From positions 201,060 to 265,059 of the forward strand of contig OX638380.1 of assembly GCA_951813855.1 (NCBI GenBank): 64,000 nucleotides of DNA, read 5' to 3'. Shown here piece after piece: positions 21,796 to 31,679 of this stretch. Made by a program: the position numbers and the translations under genes. Position 1 is the first letter of the stretch; each line of letters starts with the position of its first letter. A model generated the notes under the pieces. It had not been told where the DNA came from. It was given only the letters and a program-made list of their open reading frames with translations, and searched no databases. The stretch comes from an uncultured Verrucomicrobiae bacterium (GTDB lineage Bacteria; Verrucomicrobiota; Verrucomicrobiia; Limisphaerales; AAA164-E04).

Positions 21796-21982
21796 CTCCT
21801 GATTATCCTTTCTTTTCTTCGGTTTCCAAGTTAATTCTCGGTCTTTCGGTTTTTGAGTCCGGGCCGATTTTTAATTGCCGTAATCCGAGTCGTCGGCGAT
21901 TCCATACGGACCAATCAAACGCGATCCCAGACGAAGCAACCGGTTACCCCTCAGACAATCCGAAACCTTACTCGAAACTCGC

Positions 21983-22588
21983 ATGACCAATATGAACTCC
22001 CCTATTCGATTCGCGTTAGCCCTGGCCTTGATCCTGTTGACCGGCTCGGCAAGCGCCCAAGCTTTACCTTCGGCATTCAACGGCAAGGATTTTTCCGGCT
22101 GGAAACTTCCCGAGAATAACATTTGGTGGAGCGTCCAGGACGGCATCATGAAACTGGACAGCGGTCCCGCAATGAAAGGCTCGACCCTCTGGACCGAAAA
22201 GGAATACGGCAACCTGATCATGCAGTTCGAATTCAAGCTGAGCCGCGGCACCGTAGATACCGGAATCTATCTGCGCACCAGCAGGGAACAGATTCAACTC
22301 GGCATCTCCGGCTCCCTGAAGAGAGACATGACCGGTTCTCCCTACATCTCCGGCAAGGGCTATCCGGTCGAAGCCGAACACGTCAAGGAACTGCTCAAAC
22401 CTCGGGGCTGGAACCACATGACCATCGTCGCCGTCGGCAACAATTATTCGGTATGGCTAAACGGCCGCAAAGTGATGAGTTACGATTCCGAATCCGCCGT
22501 GAAGCAAGGGCCGGTCGGCATTCAATTGCACGGCAGCCGCGACATGTCCGCGGAATACCGGAACATCTACCTGGCCGAATTGAACTAG
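21983..22588 (+). CDS. DUF1080 family (3-keto-disaccharide hydrolase-like) protein
   Basis: Signal peptide, FNGKDFSGW, WSVQDG, GWNHMTI, VWLNG, GPVGIQLHG. Confidence 0.9.
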   Translation: MTNMNSPIRFALALALILLTGSASAQALPSAFNGKDFSGWKLPENNIWWSVQDGIMKLDSGPAMKGSTLWTEKEYGNLIMQFEFKLSRGTVDTGIYLRTSREQIQLGISGSLKRDMTGSPYISGKGYPVEAEHVKELLKPRGWNHMTIVAVGNNYSVWLNGRKVMSYDSESAVKQGPVGIQLHGSRDMSAEYRNIYLAELN

Positions 22589-22629
22589 CCGCGAGGCACC
22601 GGAAAGAGCTCGTCACCCGCCCGGCGCTT

Positions 22630-23472
22630 TCAACCCTGGCTACGCTTGATGCACTGCTGGATCTGCTTTCTGATCCGGCCGTTGTTGGCGATCATCCGGA
22701 AGCGTTGTCCCTCTCCCTCGAAGGAGCGGCAATAGAATTCTCCGCCGGCTTTTTCCAACACGAATCCTCCGGCCAAAATATCCCATAAGTGCACGCCGTT
22801 CTCTACGAAGGCGTCCAGGCGGCCATCCGCTACCCAGCACAAGGCCAACGCGGCCGATCCCATCATTCGGATTTTCCGGGCGCGGTACACCAGGCTATTG
22901 AAAACCGATAGCATCACCTCCAGCGATTCTCGGGATTTCGAAAAGCCGGTCGCCAAAATACACTCCTCCAAGCTGCGGCGTTCGCTCGCCTTGATCGGCT
23001 TGCCGTTCAGCCGGGCCCGGCCCGGCTCCGAAGCGGTCCAGAGTTCGTCCAGAAACGGATCGTACACCACCCCGACGAGCGTCTCGTATTGATCGAAACA
23101 ACGAGCCTGAACCTCGCGCGACGGCGGGTCGCGCCGAGCTTGAAGAGCGATAGCGACGCAAGCGTGAGGAATTCCGTAAGCGAAATTAACCGTGCCGTCG
23201 ATGGGGTCCACCACCCAACGATACTGGCGGTCCACTGGTCCACTGATGCCCTCTTCTCCCAGAACCGGAATCTCGGGAAAACTTTGGCGAAGCCCTTTCT
23301 CGATCAGTCGCTGGCAACGCACGTCCAATTCCAACTTGATGTCGTGTTGCGAAGCGGAATTGACGCGTTTCCGCAAGAATCGATGCCGCATCATGACGCC
23401 GCCGGCCTCCCGGGCGCAATCCTCCGCGACTAGTAGCGCTTTACGTACGGCTTTTCGATTCATCGCATTCAT
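22630..23472 (-). CDS. suhB: Inositol monophosphatase family protein
   Basis: GEEG, WVVDPIDGTVNF, RMMGSAALALCWVADGRLD, WDILAG. Confidence 0.88.
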   Translation of the reverse strand: MNAMNRKAVRKALLVAEDCAREAGGVMMRHRFLRKRVNSASQHDIKLELDVRCQRLIEKGLRQSFPEIPVLGEEGISGPVDRQYRWVVDPIDGTVNFAYGIPHACVAIALQARRDPPSREVQARCFDQYETLVGVVYDPFLDELWTASEPGRARLNGKPIKASERRSLEECILATGFSKSRESLEVMLSVFNSLVYRARKIRMMGSAALALCWVADGRLDAFVENGVHLWDILAGGFVLEKAGGEFYCRSFEGEGQRFRMIANNGRIRKQIQQCIKRSQG

Positions 23473-24445
23473 TAATCATCGTTCCGTTATTCCGGGAACT
23501 GAATTCGCCAAAAATCTCCAAGGCGTCGACGGCCCGGTCGAAAGCCGCCCGCTTATCCGGGGCCAACGAAAGCAACGGCGGTCGGACCGGCCCGAAATCG
23601 AATCCCACGCGCTGCAGGAGAGCCTTGCCGGCCGCGATGGGCTGAACTTGCTTGAGCAAGGTGGTCAAGCGAACCGATTGCCATTGCCTTCTTCGAGCAT
23701 CCTCCAGTGCTCCGGAACGCCATTTTTCGATCATGTCGAGATACAGGAACGCCAGATAATTGTACGTGCTGCCGACGGCCCCGTCCCCTCCCAGACATAG
23801 GGCGGGCAACAACATTTCATCGCATCCGAAGAGCATGTTCAACCGTCCGTTCTCCCAGTTCAGGCATCGTTGCCACTCGCACAAATCAGGATTGGTGAAC
23901 TTGACGCCCCGGAGGGTGGGCAAGCGCTCGTTCGCCTGCTCGAGCCAACGGGAAACTTGAAGCGCGACGCCGGTATTCCTGGGGATGTCGTAATAATAGA
24001 ACGGGAGAGTCCCGGCCGCTTCGGCTACCGGAACCAAATACCCGGTCAACGCCGCCGGATCGTCCGGTTTAAAATAAGACGGCGAAAGTGCGCTCACACC
24101 GTCGGCCGGCAAGCCGGCCGCGTGGGCGGCGAGTGCTATCGAATCGGCCAAGCAGTTATCGCCGACATGCACGATCAATTGCAATCCCTGTCGGCGAGTC
24201 GCCGTTCTCCAGACTTCGGCTAGCCGTTTGCGTTCGGTCAACGTCAACGAGGAAAATTCTCCCGTCGACCCGCAAACGAACACCCCGGCGACTCCGGCTG
24301 TTTTCAAATAGCGGGCGAACGATTCGATCGGCTCCAGATTAAGAGAACAATCGGGATGAAACGGCGTAAAGGGAGCGGCCAGCAAACCGGTTAGCAACTT
24401 GTCCGTTCCGTTCGTCGGCGAACCCATGCGTCTCTCGGGAATCAT
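23441..24445 (-). CDS. Dihydrodipicolinate synthase family protein, N-acetylneuraminate lyase-like (start uncertain)
   Basis: GSTGEF, IVHVG, FYYYDIP, GVKFT, GAVGSTYN. Confidence 0.85.
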   Translation of the reverse strand: MIPERRMGSPTNGTDKLLTGLLAAPFTPFHPDCSLNLEPIESFARYLKTAGVAGVFVCGSTGEFSSLTLTERKRLAEVWRTATRRQGLQLIVHVGDNCLADSIALAAHAAGLPADGVSALSPSYFKPDDPAALTGYLVPVAEAAGTLPFYYYDIPRNTGVALQVSRWLEQANERLPTLRGVKFTNPDLCEWQRCLNWENGRLNMLFGCDEMLLPALCLGGDGAVGSTYNYLAFLYLDMIEKWRSGALEDARRRQWQSVRLTTLLKQVQPIAAGKALLQRVGFDFGPVRPPLLSLAPDKRAAFDRAVDALEIFGEFSSRNNGTMINECDESKSRT

Positions 24446-25545
24446 GGGGCCTCGATGGAATCCAATTTCATCCGGGCGACGGAAGCCTCGATCAAATACC
24501 AAGGGAGAGCGTAGGTGGTCACCCGGTCTACCCGGGCGATATTAACTCCGACGATTTCGCCCTGAGCATTGAACAACGGACCGCCCATCGCCGAGGGAGC
24601 TAACGGAACGGTATGCTGAATGACCTTCGTGAATCCGTTTTGCCGTTCCGAAGCGCCGCCGGTAAACCGCTCGGAAAGCCGTCGTTGAAAAATCGTATCG
24701 AATCCCAACCGGATCGGAATACTCAACCGTTCGTTGTCCCGAAAAACGTTCAAGACGATCTGTTTTTCCGGACGACATTCGTTAATGTAATCGACCAACT
24801 GCCCCGCGTTTTTAATCCGGCGTTCGTCGACGCCGATCACTGTATCGCCGGCCAGCAAGCCCCCGTGAAAGGCCGGTGAATCCGGAACGATTTGAGTGAT
24901 TCTGGCCCCGTTGAAACTGGGATAATTATGCATTAACACCCCCAAAGCCGCCTTGGCCTTGATCTCCCGGGTAACGGCGCTCACTACCCCCAGCCAGTCC
25001 CGATTTTCCTGCCCCGGCGAAAGAACCCAATCGCCCAAGGCCACGGAATCGACCGGCACCCGATACGAAAGCTCCCCGCTCCAACCGGATACTCTCAACA
25101 AGGCTAGATCCAAAGCGCGGTCTTGGCCGGCGATCCGGGCCGGCCTCGCTTCCCCGGCGGGCGATCGTACCGTGACCGATTCGGCATCCGGCAACTCGCT
25201 CAATTTAGTCACGGCGAATCCGGCAGAATCGACTTCGGTAGCCAGGGCCACCGGTTCGGCCCCGGATAGAACTTCCCAGATCGCCGGCTCGTCAACGACT
25301 TCGCTGGAGGTAAAAGCCGTCAAGGTTTGCCACCCGTTAGCTCGATACCGTTCCATCAATTGTTGCCCCAGCGAATATTGCATGTAAGCCTTGATGACTA
25401 CCACCGCCAAACACATCACCACGCACAAATAGAACGAATACCGATGGATCCTAGCCCACGTTTTATCCGGCAGCACTTCTTCCAGACCGCCGAAAAACCA
25501 ATTCGATTTGCCGGGTGTCAAATTGTCCATATCTCGGGGCCGCAA
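24442..25545 (-). CDS. Trypsin-like (S1C) pseudo-protease with an inserted PDZ domain and N-terminal TM
   Basis: VTKLSEL replaces the His motif, DLALL is retained and SAMGGPL replaces GxSGGPL. The PDZ (ALGV…DSPAFHGGLLAGD) lies inside the protease fold. Confidence 0.8.
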   Translation of the reverse strand: MRPRDMDNLTPGKSNWFFGGLEEVLPDKTWARIHRYSFYLCVVMCLAVVVIKAYMQYSLGQQLMERYRANGWQTLTAFTSSEVVDEPAIWEVLSGAEPVALATEVDSAGFAVTKLSELPDAESVTVRSPAGEARPARIAGQDRALDLALLRVSGWSGELSYRVPVDSVALGDWVLSPGQENRDWLGVVSAVTREIKAKAALGVLMHNYPSFNGARITQIVPDSPAFHGGLLAGDTVIGVDERRIKNAGQLVDYINECRPEKQIVLNVFRDNERLSIPIRLGFDTIFQRRLSERFTGGASERQNGFTKVIQHTVPLAPSAMGGPLFNAQGEIVGVNIARVDRVTTYALPWYLIEASVARMKLDSIEAP

Positions 25546-25548
25546 CGA

Positions 25549-26457
25549 TCAGAAATCGGATATTCGTTCCGCCCCATCGAATCGAACCGAACGCCGAGCG
25601 AGCGAAAACTCGCGGTGTTCAACTGGCCAGCGGGATTGATTCGCTCCCCGGAATCCGATCGGCTCCGGCAAGCTCAATAAGCCGGCCGAACCGGTTAATC
25701 GCGGCTCTTGAAGCGAAGGCCAAATCCGCCGGCATAAGTCGGCGGGAATATGATAATTCGAAGTGATATCTTCAGAGATGAAAGTATGTATGCCGACGAT
25801 TCGACCGCTTAGATCGAACAGCGGACCGCCGGAATCGCCGGAGGACAACTGACAGTCGGTTCTAAGCAGCGATTCCCGGCCGATAATGATTCGGCCTACC
25901 CGAAGCACGGCGCCTCGGCCCGGTTCGTAGCCTCTGGGATGCCCTAAAGCGAAACTCCAATCGCCTCTTTGCACGCTGTTTTCAGGCGCCAACGGCGCGA
26001 AAGGCCATTCTCCCGGAGAAACGATTCTGGCGACCCCGATATCATGATGAGGGTGAATATCCTCGATGACTCCGGTTACGATCTTCCCGTTCCACAGCCG
26101 AACGTCAATCTTGATGCCGCGCCTCGTCGCCGAATCGTCCTGTAACCGTTGCAACACGTGCCCCGCCGTCAAGATCAAGCCTTTGGGGGAAACGATGACC
26201 CCGCTCCCGATCTCGCCGACGACCACCGTAGCACGTAACGACTGACTCAATTCGGCCTGCACCCGCTCCTGAATCAGCAAGGCTTCCTCCCGGTTTCGAG
26301 GAGTCTTTTCCACGATCGCCCGGCCGGCCGGCGTATGATTTAGCAACCACCATTCGTAAGCGGGAGGCAGATAATCGGTAAGCATCAACAAGACGATCAG
26401 AATGTAAAAAGGCGCGAGATTCTTCGTGAGGAGATACCAAAAACGAAAAGCCGACAT
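25549..26457 (-). CDS. Trypsin-like serine protease, membrane-anchored
   Basis: GSGVIV, LTAGHV, DIGV and GDSGGPLF give a complete triad. Confidence 0.9.
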   Translation of the reverse strand: MSAFRFWYLLTKNLAPFYILIVLLMLTDYLPPAYEWWLLNHTPAGRAIVEKTPRNREEALLIQERVQAELSQSLRATVVVGEIGSGVIVSPKGLILTAGHVLQRLQDDSATRRGIKIDVRLWNGKIVTGVIEDIHPHHDIGVARIVSPGEWPFAPLAPENSVQRGDWSFALGHPRGYEPGRGAVLRVGRIIIGRESLLRTDCQLSSGDSGGPLFDLSGRIVGIHTFISEDITSNYHIPADLCRRIWPSLQEPRLTGSAGLLSLPEPIGFRGANQSRWPVEHREFSLARRSVRFDGAERISDF

Positions 26458-26550
26458 AGGAATCGCTGGAACGGACCGTCTCCTTCCCCAATACCCCCAA
26501 CCAATCGACCGGTCAATTCAATTTGAGCTTTGACGAAAAAACACCGCTGA

Positions 26551-27630
26551 TTATTCATCGTCCAACCGCCGCAGGATCTTCCGATTGGCTCCGGTAAAGG
26601 CCAATCGCTTCAACTCGCTCCTGGCCACCCAGCGGCAAGAATCGTCGGGCAAGGAAATATCCTGTTCCAGACGGCAGCGGTAAACCAGCAAGGAAATTCG
26701 ATTGACGGTAATGGCATGCTTTATCTCTCCCACGAACTCCAAGGTCTTCGGATTCAAGCCCCAGTTACGTTGCAGCCACGCCCAACCTTCCGGATCGGAT
26801 TCGTCGGTCCGGCAATTAGGAAACTCCCAGAGCAGGCCGTTGATTTGTCCGGCACGCCGCTGCCGGACCAGATAGTCTTCTCCCCGGCTGACGACCAGTA
26901 CTATTTCGCGGCAAGCGACGATCGCCGCCTTCTTCCCCAAATCAGGCAATTCGAGAATCGATCCTTTGTCTTTTGCCCGGCAAAACCGGCTAACCGGGCA
27001 TCGTTCGCAACCCGGAGAACGCGGACGGCAAACGCTGGCTCCCAATTCGATGAGCGCCTGATTTAAATCTCCGCAAGGATTCGACGTGACCGCCGAGGTC
27101 CCGGCGGCTTGCTCCACGAGTTTCCGGGCGTATTCCCAGAGTCGTCGCCGGACGGAAGCGCGGCCGACGCTACCGGTCACTTCATAAAGCCGGCTCAATA
27201 CGCGAACGACGTTGCCGTCCAATACCGGTCTGGCCTGCCCGAATGCGATGCTGGCGACGGCTCCGGCCGTATAGCGGCCGACACCCGGCAAGTTCAGGAT
27301 ATCTTCGAACTTTTCAGGAAACTCTCCCTCGTGCCGACGTTGGATCGCCTGCGCCGCTTCCTGGAGGCGCCGAACCCGGTGGTAATATCCCAATCCTTCC
27401 CACAACTTGAGCAACCGGTCTGGTTCCGCTCGGGCCACCAAGGCGATCGTCGGGAGCTCTCTCATCCACCTTTCCCAATACGGAACGACCGTTTTGACTC
27501 CGGTTTGTTGCAACATGATTTCCGCCACCCAAACGCCGTAGGGGGCCGTAACGCGGCGCCAAGGCAAGTCACGAGCTTGCCGACCGTACCAATCCAATAG
27601 TTCTTTGACGATGTTCGATAGCTGCGACAC
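26551..27630 (-). CDS. mutY: A/G-specific adenine glycosylase
   Basis: RDLPWR, EIMLQQT, WEGLGYY, LPGVGRYTAGA, DGNVVRV and the CxxxxxxCxxCPxxxxC Fe-S motif. GTG at 27630 is the likely start. Confidence 0.95.
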   Translation of the reverse strand: MSQLSNIVKELLDWYGRQARDLPWRRVTAPYGVWVAEIMLQQTGVKTVVPYWERWMRELPTIALVARAEPDRLLKLWEGLGYYHRVRRLQEAAQAIQRRHEGEFPEKFEDILNLPGVGRYTAGAVASIAFGQARPVLDGNVVRVLSRLYEVTGSVGRASVRRRLWEYARKLVEQAAGTSAVTSNPCGDLNQALIELGASVCRPRSPGCERCPVSRFCRAKDKGSILELPDLGKKAAIVACREIVLVVSRGEDYLVRQRRAGQINGLLWEFPNCRTDESDPEGWAWLQRNWGLNPKTLEFVGEIKHAITVNRISLLVYRCRLEQDISLPDDSCRWVARSELKRLAFTGANRKILRRLDDE

Positions 27631-27648
27631 AATGATTTCCGGATTGAC

Positions 27649-28626
27649 ATGACCGAACGCCAGCCGCTCTCCACCTACACCCGCCGTCTCGATGCCGATC
27701 AGCAACGTAAATTAAGAAGCGTTCTCGAGCAAAAGGGTTGTACCTTTCGTTCTTTGCCGCACGCCGAATTCTCGACGCGTCTGGAAACGGCCAATCTTAC
27801 GCTGTACCAAAACGGCAAGCTGTTGGTTCAAGGCAAGGGAACGGAAGATTTCGTTCGTTTCGTATTGGAAACCGAGATCATCCGTAAAGCGGAACTGGGT
27901 TATGAAAGCCTATCGGACCCCGACCGCCTGCTCCCCCGGCTCGGGGTCGACGAAAGCGGCAAAGGAGATTTTTTCGGGCCCCTCTGCATTGCCGGCGTTT
28001 ACGTCAACGAATCGATTGTGGGCCGCTTCGAGACTCTTGGCGTCAAAGATTCGAAGCATTTCAAATCGGCACCGAAAATCACCGCGTTAGCCAAGGAGAT
28101 CATCGGCACTCCAGGTTGCGTCTACGATACGGTCGTCATCGGCAACGAAGCCTACAACCGCATGTACCGCAAGCTGAATTCGATCAATCGCATTCTGGCG
28201 TGGGGGCACGCTCGGGTCATCGAAAACCTCCTGGGCCGGATCCACAACATGACTCCCCCGCCGACGCTGGCCGTCTGCGACCAATTCGCCAACACCAAAA
28301 AAGTCATCGACGACGCGCTAATGACCTCGGGCAGGAAAATCGAATTAAAGCAAAGGCACCGGGCCGAAAGCGATTTCGCTGTGGCCGCCGCTTCCATTCT
28401 AGCTCGTCATGAATTCGTCAACCGGCTGCGACAATTGGAACGGCAGTTCGACCGGGAATTACCCAAGGGCGGTTCGAAAGCAGTCGACACCGCGGGCATC
28501 GAGTTCGTTCGCGTCCATGGCGAACCGGAGTTGGGCAGAGTGGCCAAGCTGCATTTTCGCAACGCCTATCGCGCCCTCGGCAGACCGGAGCCGCCCCGAC
28601 GCCCTTTCCTGCAATACTCCCGATAG
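27649..28626 (+). CDS. rnhC: Ribonuclease HIII
   Basis: N-terminal TBP-like LYQNGKLLVQGK, then GVDESGKGDFFGPL, GVKDSK and VAAASILAR. Confidence 0.93.
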   Translation: MTERQPLSTYTRRLDADQQRKLRSVLEQKGCTFRSLPHAEFSTRLETANLTLYQNGKLLVQGKGTEDFVRFVLETEIIRKAELGYESLSDPDRLLPRLGVDESGKGDFFGPLCIAGVYVNESIVGRFETLGVKDSKHFKSAPKITALAKEIIGTPGCVYDTVVIGNEAYNRMYRKLNSINRILAWGHARVIENLLGRIHNMTPPPTLAVCDQFANTKKVIDDALMTSGRKIELKQRHRAESDFAVAAASILARHEFVNRLRQLERQFDRELPKGGSKAVDTAGIEFVRVHGEPELGRVAKLHFRNAYRALGRPEPPRRPFLQYSR

Positions 28627-28668
28627 GGCGGCTTTACAGGCGGCGAATCTCGACTTACCATCAAACCG

Positions 28669-29781
28669 GTGAGCGGAAGGGCAAAGGAAAGGGTTGTCAT
28701 CGGCATGAGCGGAGGCGTGGATTCGTCCGCCGCGGCAGCCTTGTTAATCGAACAGGGCTACGAGGTCATCGGGATCACGCTCAAATTGTGGCCGCAAGAC
28801 TGCATGTCCCGGGCCGAAGACAAGTGCTGCGGCCCGCAAGCCGTGATGGACGCTCGAAGCGTATCCCACCATCTCGGCATCCCCTACTACTTGATCGACG
28901 AAGCCGATCAGTTCCAACAGGAGGTAATCAACTATTTCGCCGCCGAATACCAGGCCGGACGAACGCCCAATCCCTGTATCGTCTGCAACGAAAAACTCAA
29001 GTTCGGCTCGCTGGTCCGACGAGCGGAAATGCTGGGAGCCAGCAAAATCGCCACCGGTCATTACGCCCGGATCGAACCGGCCGAAACCGGAAACCGGATC
29101 CTTCTCAAGCGGGGCCGAGATCGGGACAAAGACCAAAGCTACTTCCTGTTTTCGTTGCGACAGGACCAATTGGCCAAGGCAGTCATGCCGTTGGGGGAAC
29201 TCTCCAAAAACGATAGCCGGGTAGTCGCCCGGCAACGCCAGTTGCGCACAGCCGACAAAGAAGAAAGCATGGAAATCTGTTTCGTTCCCGACGACGATTA
29301 CCAGTCCTTCCTGACCAAGACGCGAATGGTCGAACCTCATCGAGGAGAAATCGTCGATCAGCAAGGAACGGTGCTGGGGTATCACGACGGTATCGAATTC
29401 TTCACCATCGGACAACGCAAGGGACTGGGCGTTTCGATGCCCTACCCGCTCTATGTCCTGAAACTCGATCCGACCCTGAACCGGGTCGTCGTCGGGCCGG
29501 CCGACCGTTTGGAACAGACGGTCTTCTATATCGAACACTCCAATTGGATTCCGTTCGAGCCTCCGGCCGGGAAATTCCGGGCGACGGCTAAGATCCGGCA
29601 TAATCATCGCGGGATTGAAGCCACCGTTTCGCCCGTTGATGCCGGGCGGGCGATGGTCCGGCTGCATCAACCGCAACGAGCCATTACGCCGGGACAAGCT
29701 TGCGTGTTCTACCAGGACGATCTCGTTCTGGGAGGCGGATGGATCACCCGCGAACACCTCGACGTTTCGCTGGAAGAGTGA
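28669..29781 (+). CDS. mnmA: tRNA-specific 2-thiouridylase
   Basis: MSGGVDSS, GRTPNPCIVCN, ATGHYA, KDQSYFL, FTIGQRKG, AITPGQ. Confidence 0.97.
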   Translation: MSGRAKERVVIGMSGGVDSSAAAALLIEQGYEVIGITLKLWPQDCMSRAEDKCCGPQAVMDARSVSHHLGIPYYLIDEADQFQQEVINYFAAEYQAGRTPNPCIVCNEKLKFGSLVRRAEMLGASKIATGHYARIEPAETGNRILLKRGRDRDKDQSYFLFSLRQDQLAKAVMPLGELSKNDSRVVARQRQLRTADKEESMEICFVPDDDYQSFLTKTRMVEPHRGEIVDQQGTVLGYHDGIEFFTIGQRKGLGVSMPYPLYVLKLDPTLNRVVVGPADRLEQTVFYIEHSNWIPFEPPAGKFRATAKIRHNHRGIEATVSPVDAGRAMVRLHQPQRAITPGQACVFYQDDLVLGGGWITREHLDVSLEE

Positions 29782-29835
29782 CTTGAAATCAATCGGCGAA
29801 ATATCGCACGGAAACCGCCGCAACGCCCGTTAACC

Positions 29836-30117
29836 ATGGCCCTGCTCTCAGAATCAGCAATTCGACAACGAATCGAGTCCCTGCCCGCTTGGCGAATCGA
29901 CGGCAAAAGCATCGTTCGCGAATACGAGTTCAAGGATTTTCCGGAAGCGATTCGATTCGTCGATCGCATCGCGGAAGCGGCGGAAGCCGCCTGGCACCAT
30001 CCCGATATCGACATTCGCTGGAACAAAGTTCGCCTGTTACTGACCACGCACGATCAGGGGGGACTTACCACGAAGGACTTCGATTTAGCGCAAGAATTCG
30101 AACGGCTCGCCGCCTGA
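29836..30117 (+). CDS. phhB: Pterin-4-alpha-carbinolamine dehydratase
   Basis: FKDF, HHPDI, LTTHDQGGLTTKDFDLA. Confidence 0.92.
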   Translation: MALLSESAIRQRIESLPAWRIDGKSIVREYEFKDFPEAIRFVDRIAEAAEAAWHHPDIDIRWNKVRLLLTTHDQGGLTTKDFDLAQEFERLAA

Positions 30118-30131
30118 AGGACCAAGAAGGG

Positions 30132-30153
30132 GCGACCGGTCAAAGACCGGCGC
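30132..30153. terminator. Small GC hairpin between convergent phhB and tRNA
   Basis: CCGGTC-AAA-GACCGG stem. There is no clear U-tract. Confidence 0.3.
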
Positions 30154-30161
30154 AATGGGGG

Positions 30162-30239
30162 TGGTACACCCGGAGCGATTCGAACGCCCAACCTTCTGAT
30201 CCGTAGTCAGATGCTCTAATCCAATTGAGCTACGGGTGC
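30162..30239 (-). tRNA. tRNA-Arg (ACG)
   Basis: Reverse complement is GCACCCGTAGCTCAATTGGATTAGAGCATCTGACTACGGATCAGAAGGTTGGGCGTTCGAATCGCTCCGGGTGTACCA: cloverleaf, ACG anticodon, encoded CCA. Confidence 0.97.
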
Positions 30240-30320
30240 GCCAAGACCGGATGCCACCCTAGAACCGATCGGAACGTCTGACAAGTCGTTTCCCCGATTA
30301 ATTCGAATGTTCCGCTTGAT

Positions 30321-31679
30321 TCAGGGCGTCGAAGCCATCGGAACGGCCAGTTGATCGGTAACCGGATCGATATCGTTGCGATGCCGCTCCATGGCGCCGA
30401 GTAATCGCTGCACGATATCGGGATGCCTCTGAGCGACATTGTACGCTTCCGAAATATCCTTTTCCACGTGATATAATTCGGGAGCGTCCAATTCGACGAC
30501 CCGTCCGTAGTTGACCGGCTGCCGTTGTTTGACGTGCAATTTCCAAGGGCCTTCCCGATAAGCGTGCAACTCCGCCCTGGTCCAGTAGGCCATGTCGGTC
30601 CTCGGACTCTCTCCGTTTCCGAACAGAGCCGGGCTCAAATCGAGAGAATCCATCTTGCGGTCCGTGGGCATTTTGGTGCCGGTGATTTGAGCCACCGTCG
30701 CCATCACGTCCAAGGTAGAACCCATTTCCGAAACGACGCTATTCGCCTTGATCATGCCGGGCCAACGAAAAATGGTAGGAACCCTTTGTCCCCCTTCGAA
30801 CGCAGTTCCTTTCCCTGCTCGCAACGGTCCCGCCGTTCCCCCATGCGTATGAAAAGCCAACCAGGGGCCGTTGTCCGAACTGAACACTACCAGCGTTCTT
30901 TCGGTCAAATCCAATTCCTCTAACGTGTCCATAACCTGTCCGACGCTCCAATCGATTTCCTCGATCACGTCTCCGTAGAGACCGCGGGTGCTTCGTCCCC
31001 GGAACGGTTCGGAAACGAACAACGGGATATGGGGCATGGAATGGGCCAGATAGACGAAGAACGGACGATCCCGATTCTCCTTGATGAACTCCAGGGCTTT
31101 TTCCGTGTAACGGCGGGTGATCGTCCGCTGGTCGGCAGGTTTTTCGACGATAATTTCGTCTCGCATCAACGGCACGTCGTAGTGGCTGGAAGACGGAAAA
31201 TAATCGGGATCCTTCCGGGCTTCGCTCCCGTAACTGGGCGAGCCTTTGACGAAATCCATGTCGTTGGAATAAGGAATTCCGTAATAGGTGTCGAATCCCT
31301 GGGCGGTCGGCAAAAACTGCGGCAGATGCCCGAGATGCCATTTCCCGAAGCAACCGGTGGCATACCGTTTCTGCTTCAGCATCTCTGCCAGCGTCACTTC
31401 GCCGTCGGGAAGACCGCCTCCGGAATTGGGAAACAAGACCACTCGCCGGGCGGAAGTCATTCCGTTGCGAATCGGATAGCGCCCGGTCAACAGGGCGGCT
31501 CGGCTCGGAGTGCATACGGGGGCGGCGACATAAAACTGAGTCCACCGCTGACCTTCGTCGGCCATCCGGTCCAGATGGGGCGTATTGATGACCGGATTAC
31601 CGAACCTGCCCAGATCTCCCCATCCCAAATCATCACAAAAGATGATGACGACGTTCACGAGTATCGATAGCTGCTGCAT
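30321..31679 (-). CDS. Arylsulfatase-family sulfatase (Cys-type), N-terminus possibly truncated
   Basis: IFCDDLGWGD, CTPSRAALLTGR, GKWHLG, SSDNGP. Confidence 0.92.
   Translation of the reverse strand: MQQLSILVNVVIIFCDDLGWGDLGRFGNPVINTPHLDRMADEGQRWTQFYVAAPVCTPSRAALLTGRYPIRNGMTSARRVVLFPNSGGGLPDGEVTLAEMLKQKRYATGCFGKWHLGHLPQFLPTAQGFDTYYGIPYSNDMDFVKGSPSYGSEARKDPDYFPSSSHYDVPLMRDEIIVEKPADQRTITRRYTEKALEFIKENRDRPFFVYLAHSMPHIPLFVSEPFRGRSTRGLYGDVIEEIDWSVGQVMDTLEELDLTERTLVVFSSDNGPWLAFHTHGGTAGPLRAGKGTAFEGGQRVPTIFRWPGMIKANSVVSEMGSTLDVMATVAQITGTKMPTDRKMDSLDLSPALFGNGESPRTDMAYWTRAELHAYREGPWKLHVKQRQPVNYGRVVELDAPELYHVEKDISEAYNVAQRHPDIVQRLLGAMERHRNDIDPVTDQLAVPMASTP

Noticed and set aside
28744-29823. Long antisense ORFs (also 6551..7597, 62309..63319, 18715..19434)
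   Set aside because: These are shadows of real genes in GC-rich DNA with no recognisable motifs.
30162-30239. tRNA-Arg as integration site of the mobile region
   Set aside because: Its 3' end faces core genes. No duplicated 3' fragment or integrase was seen.
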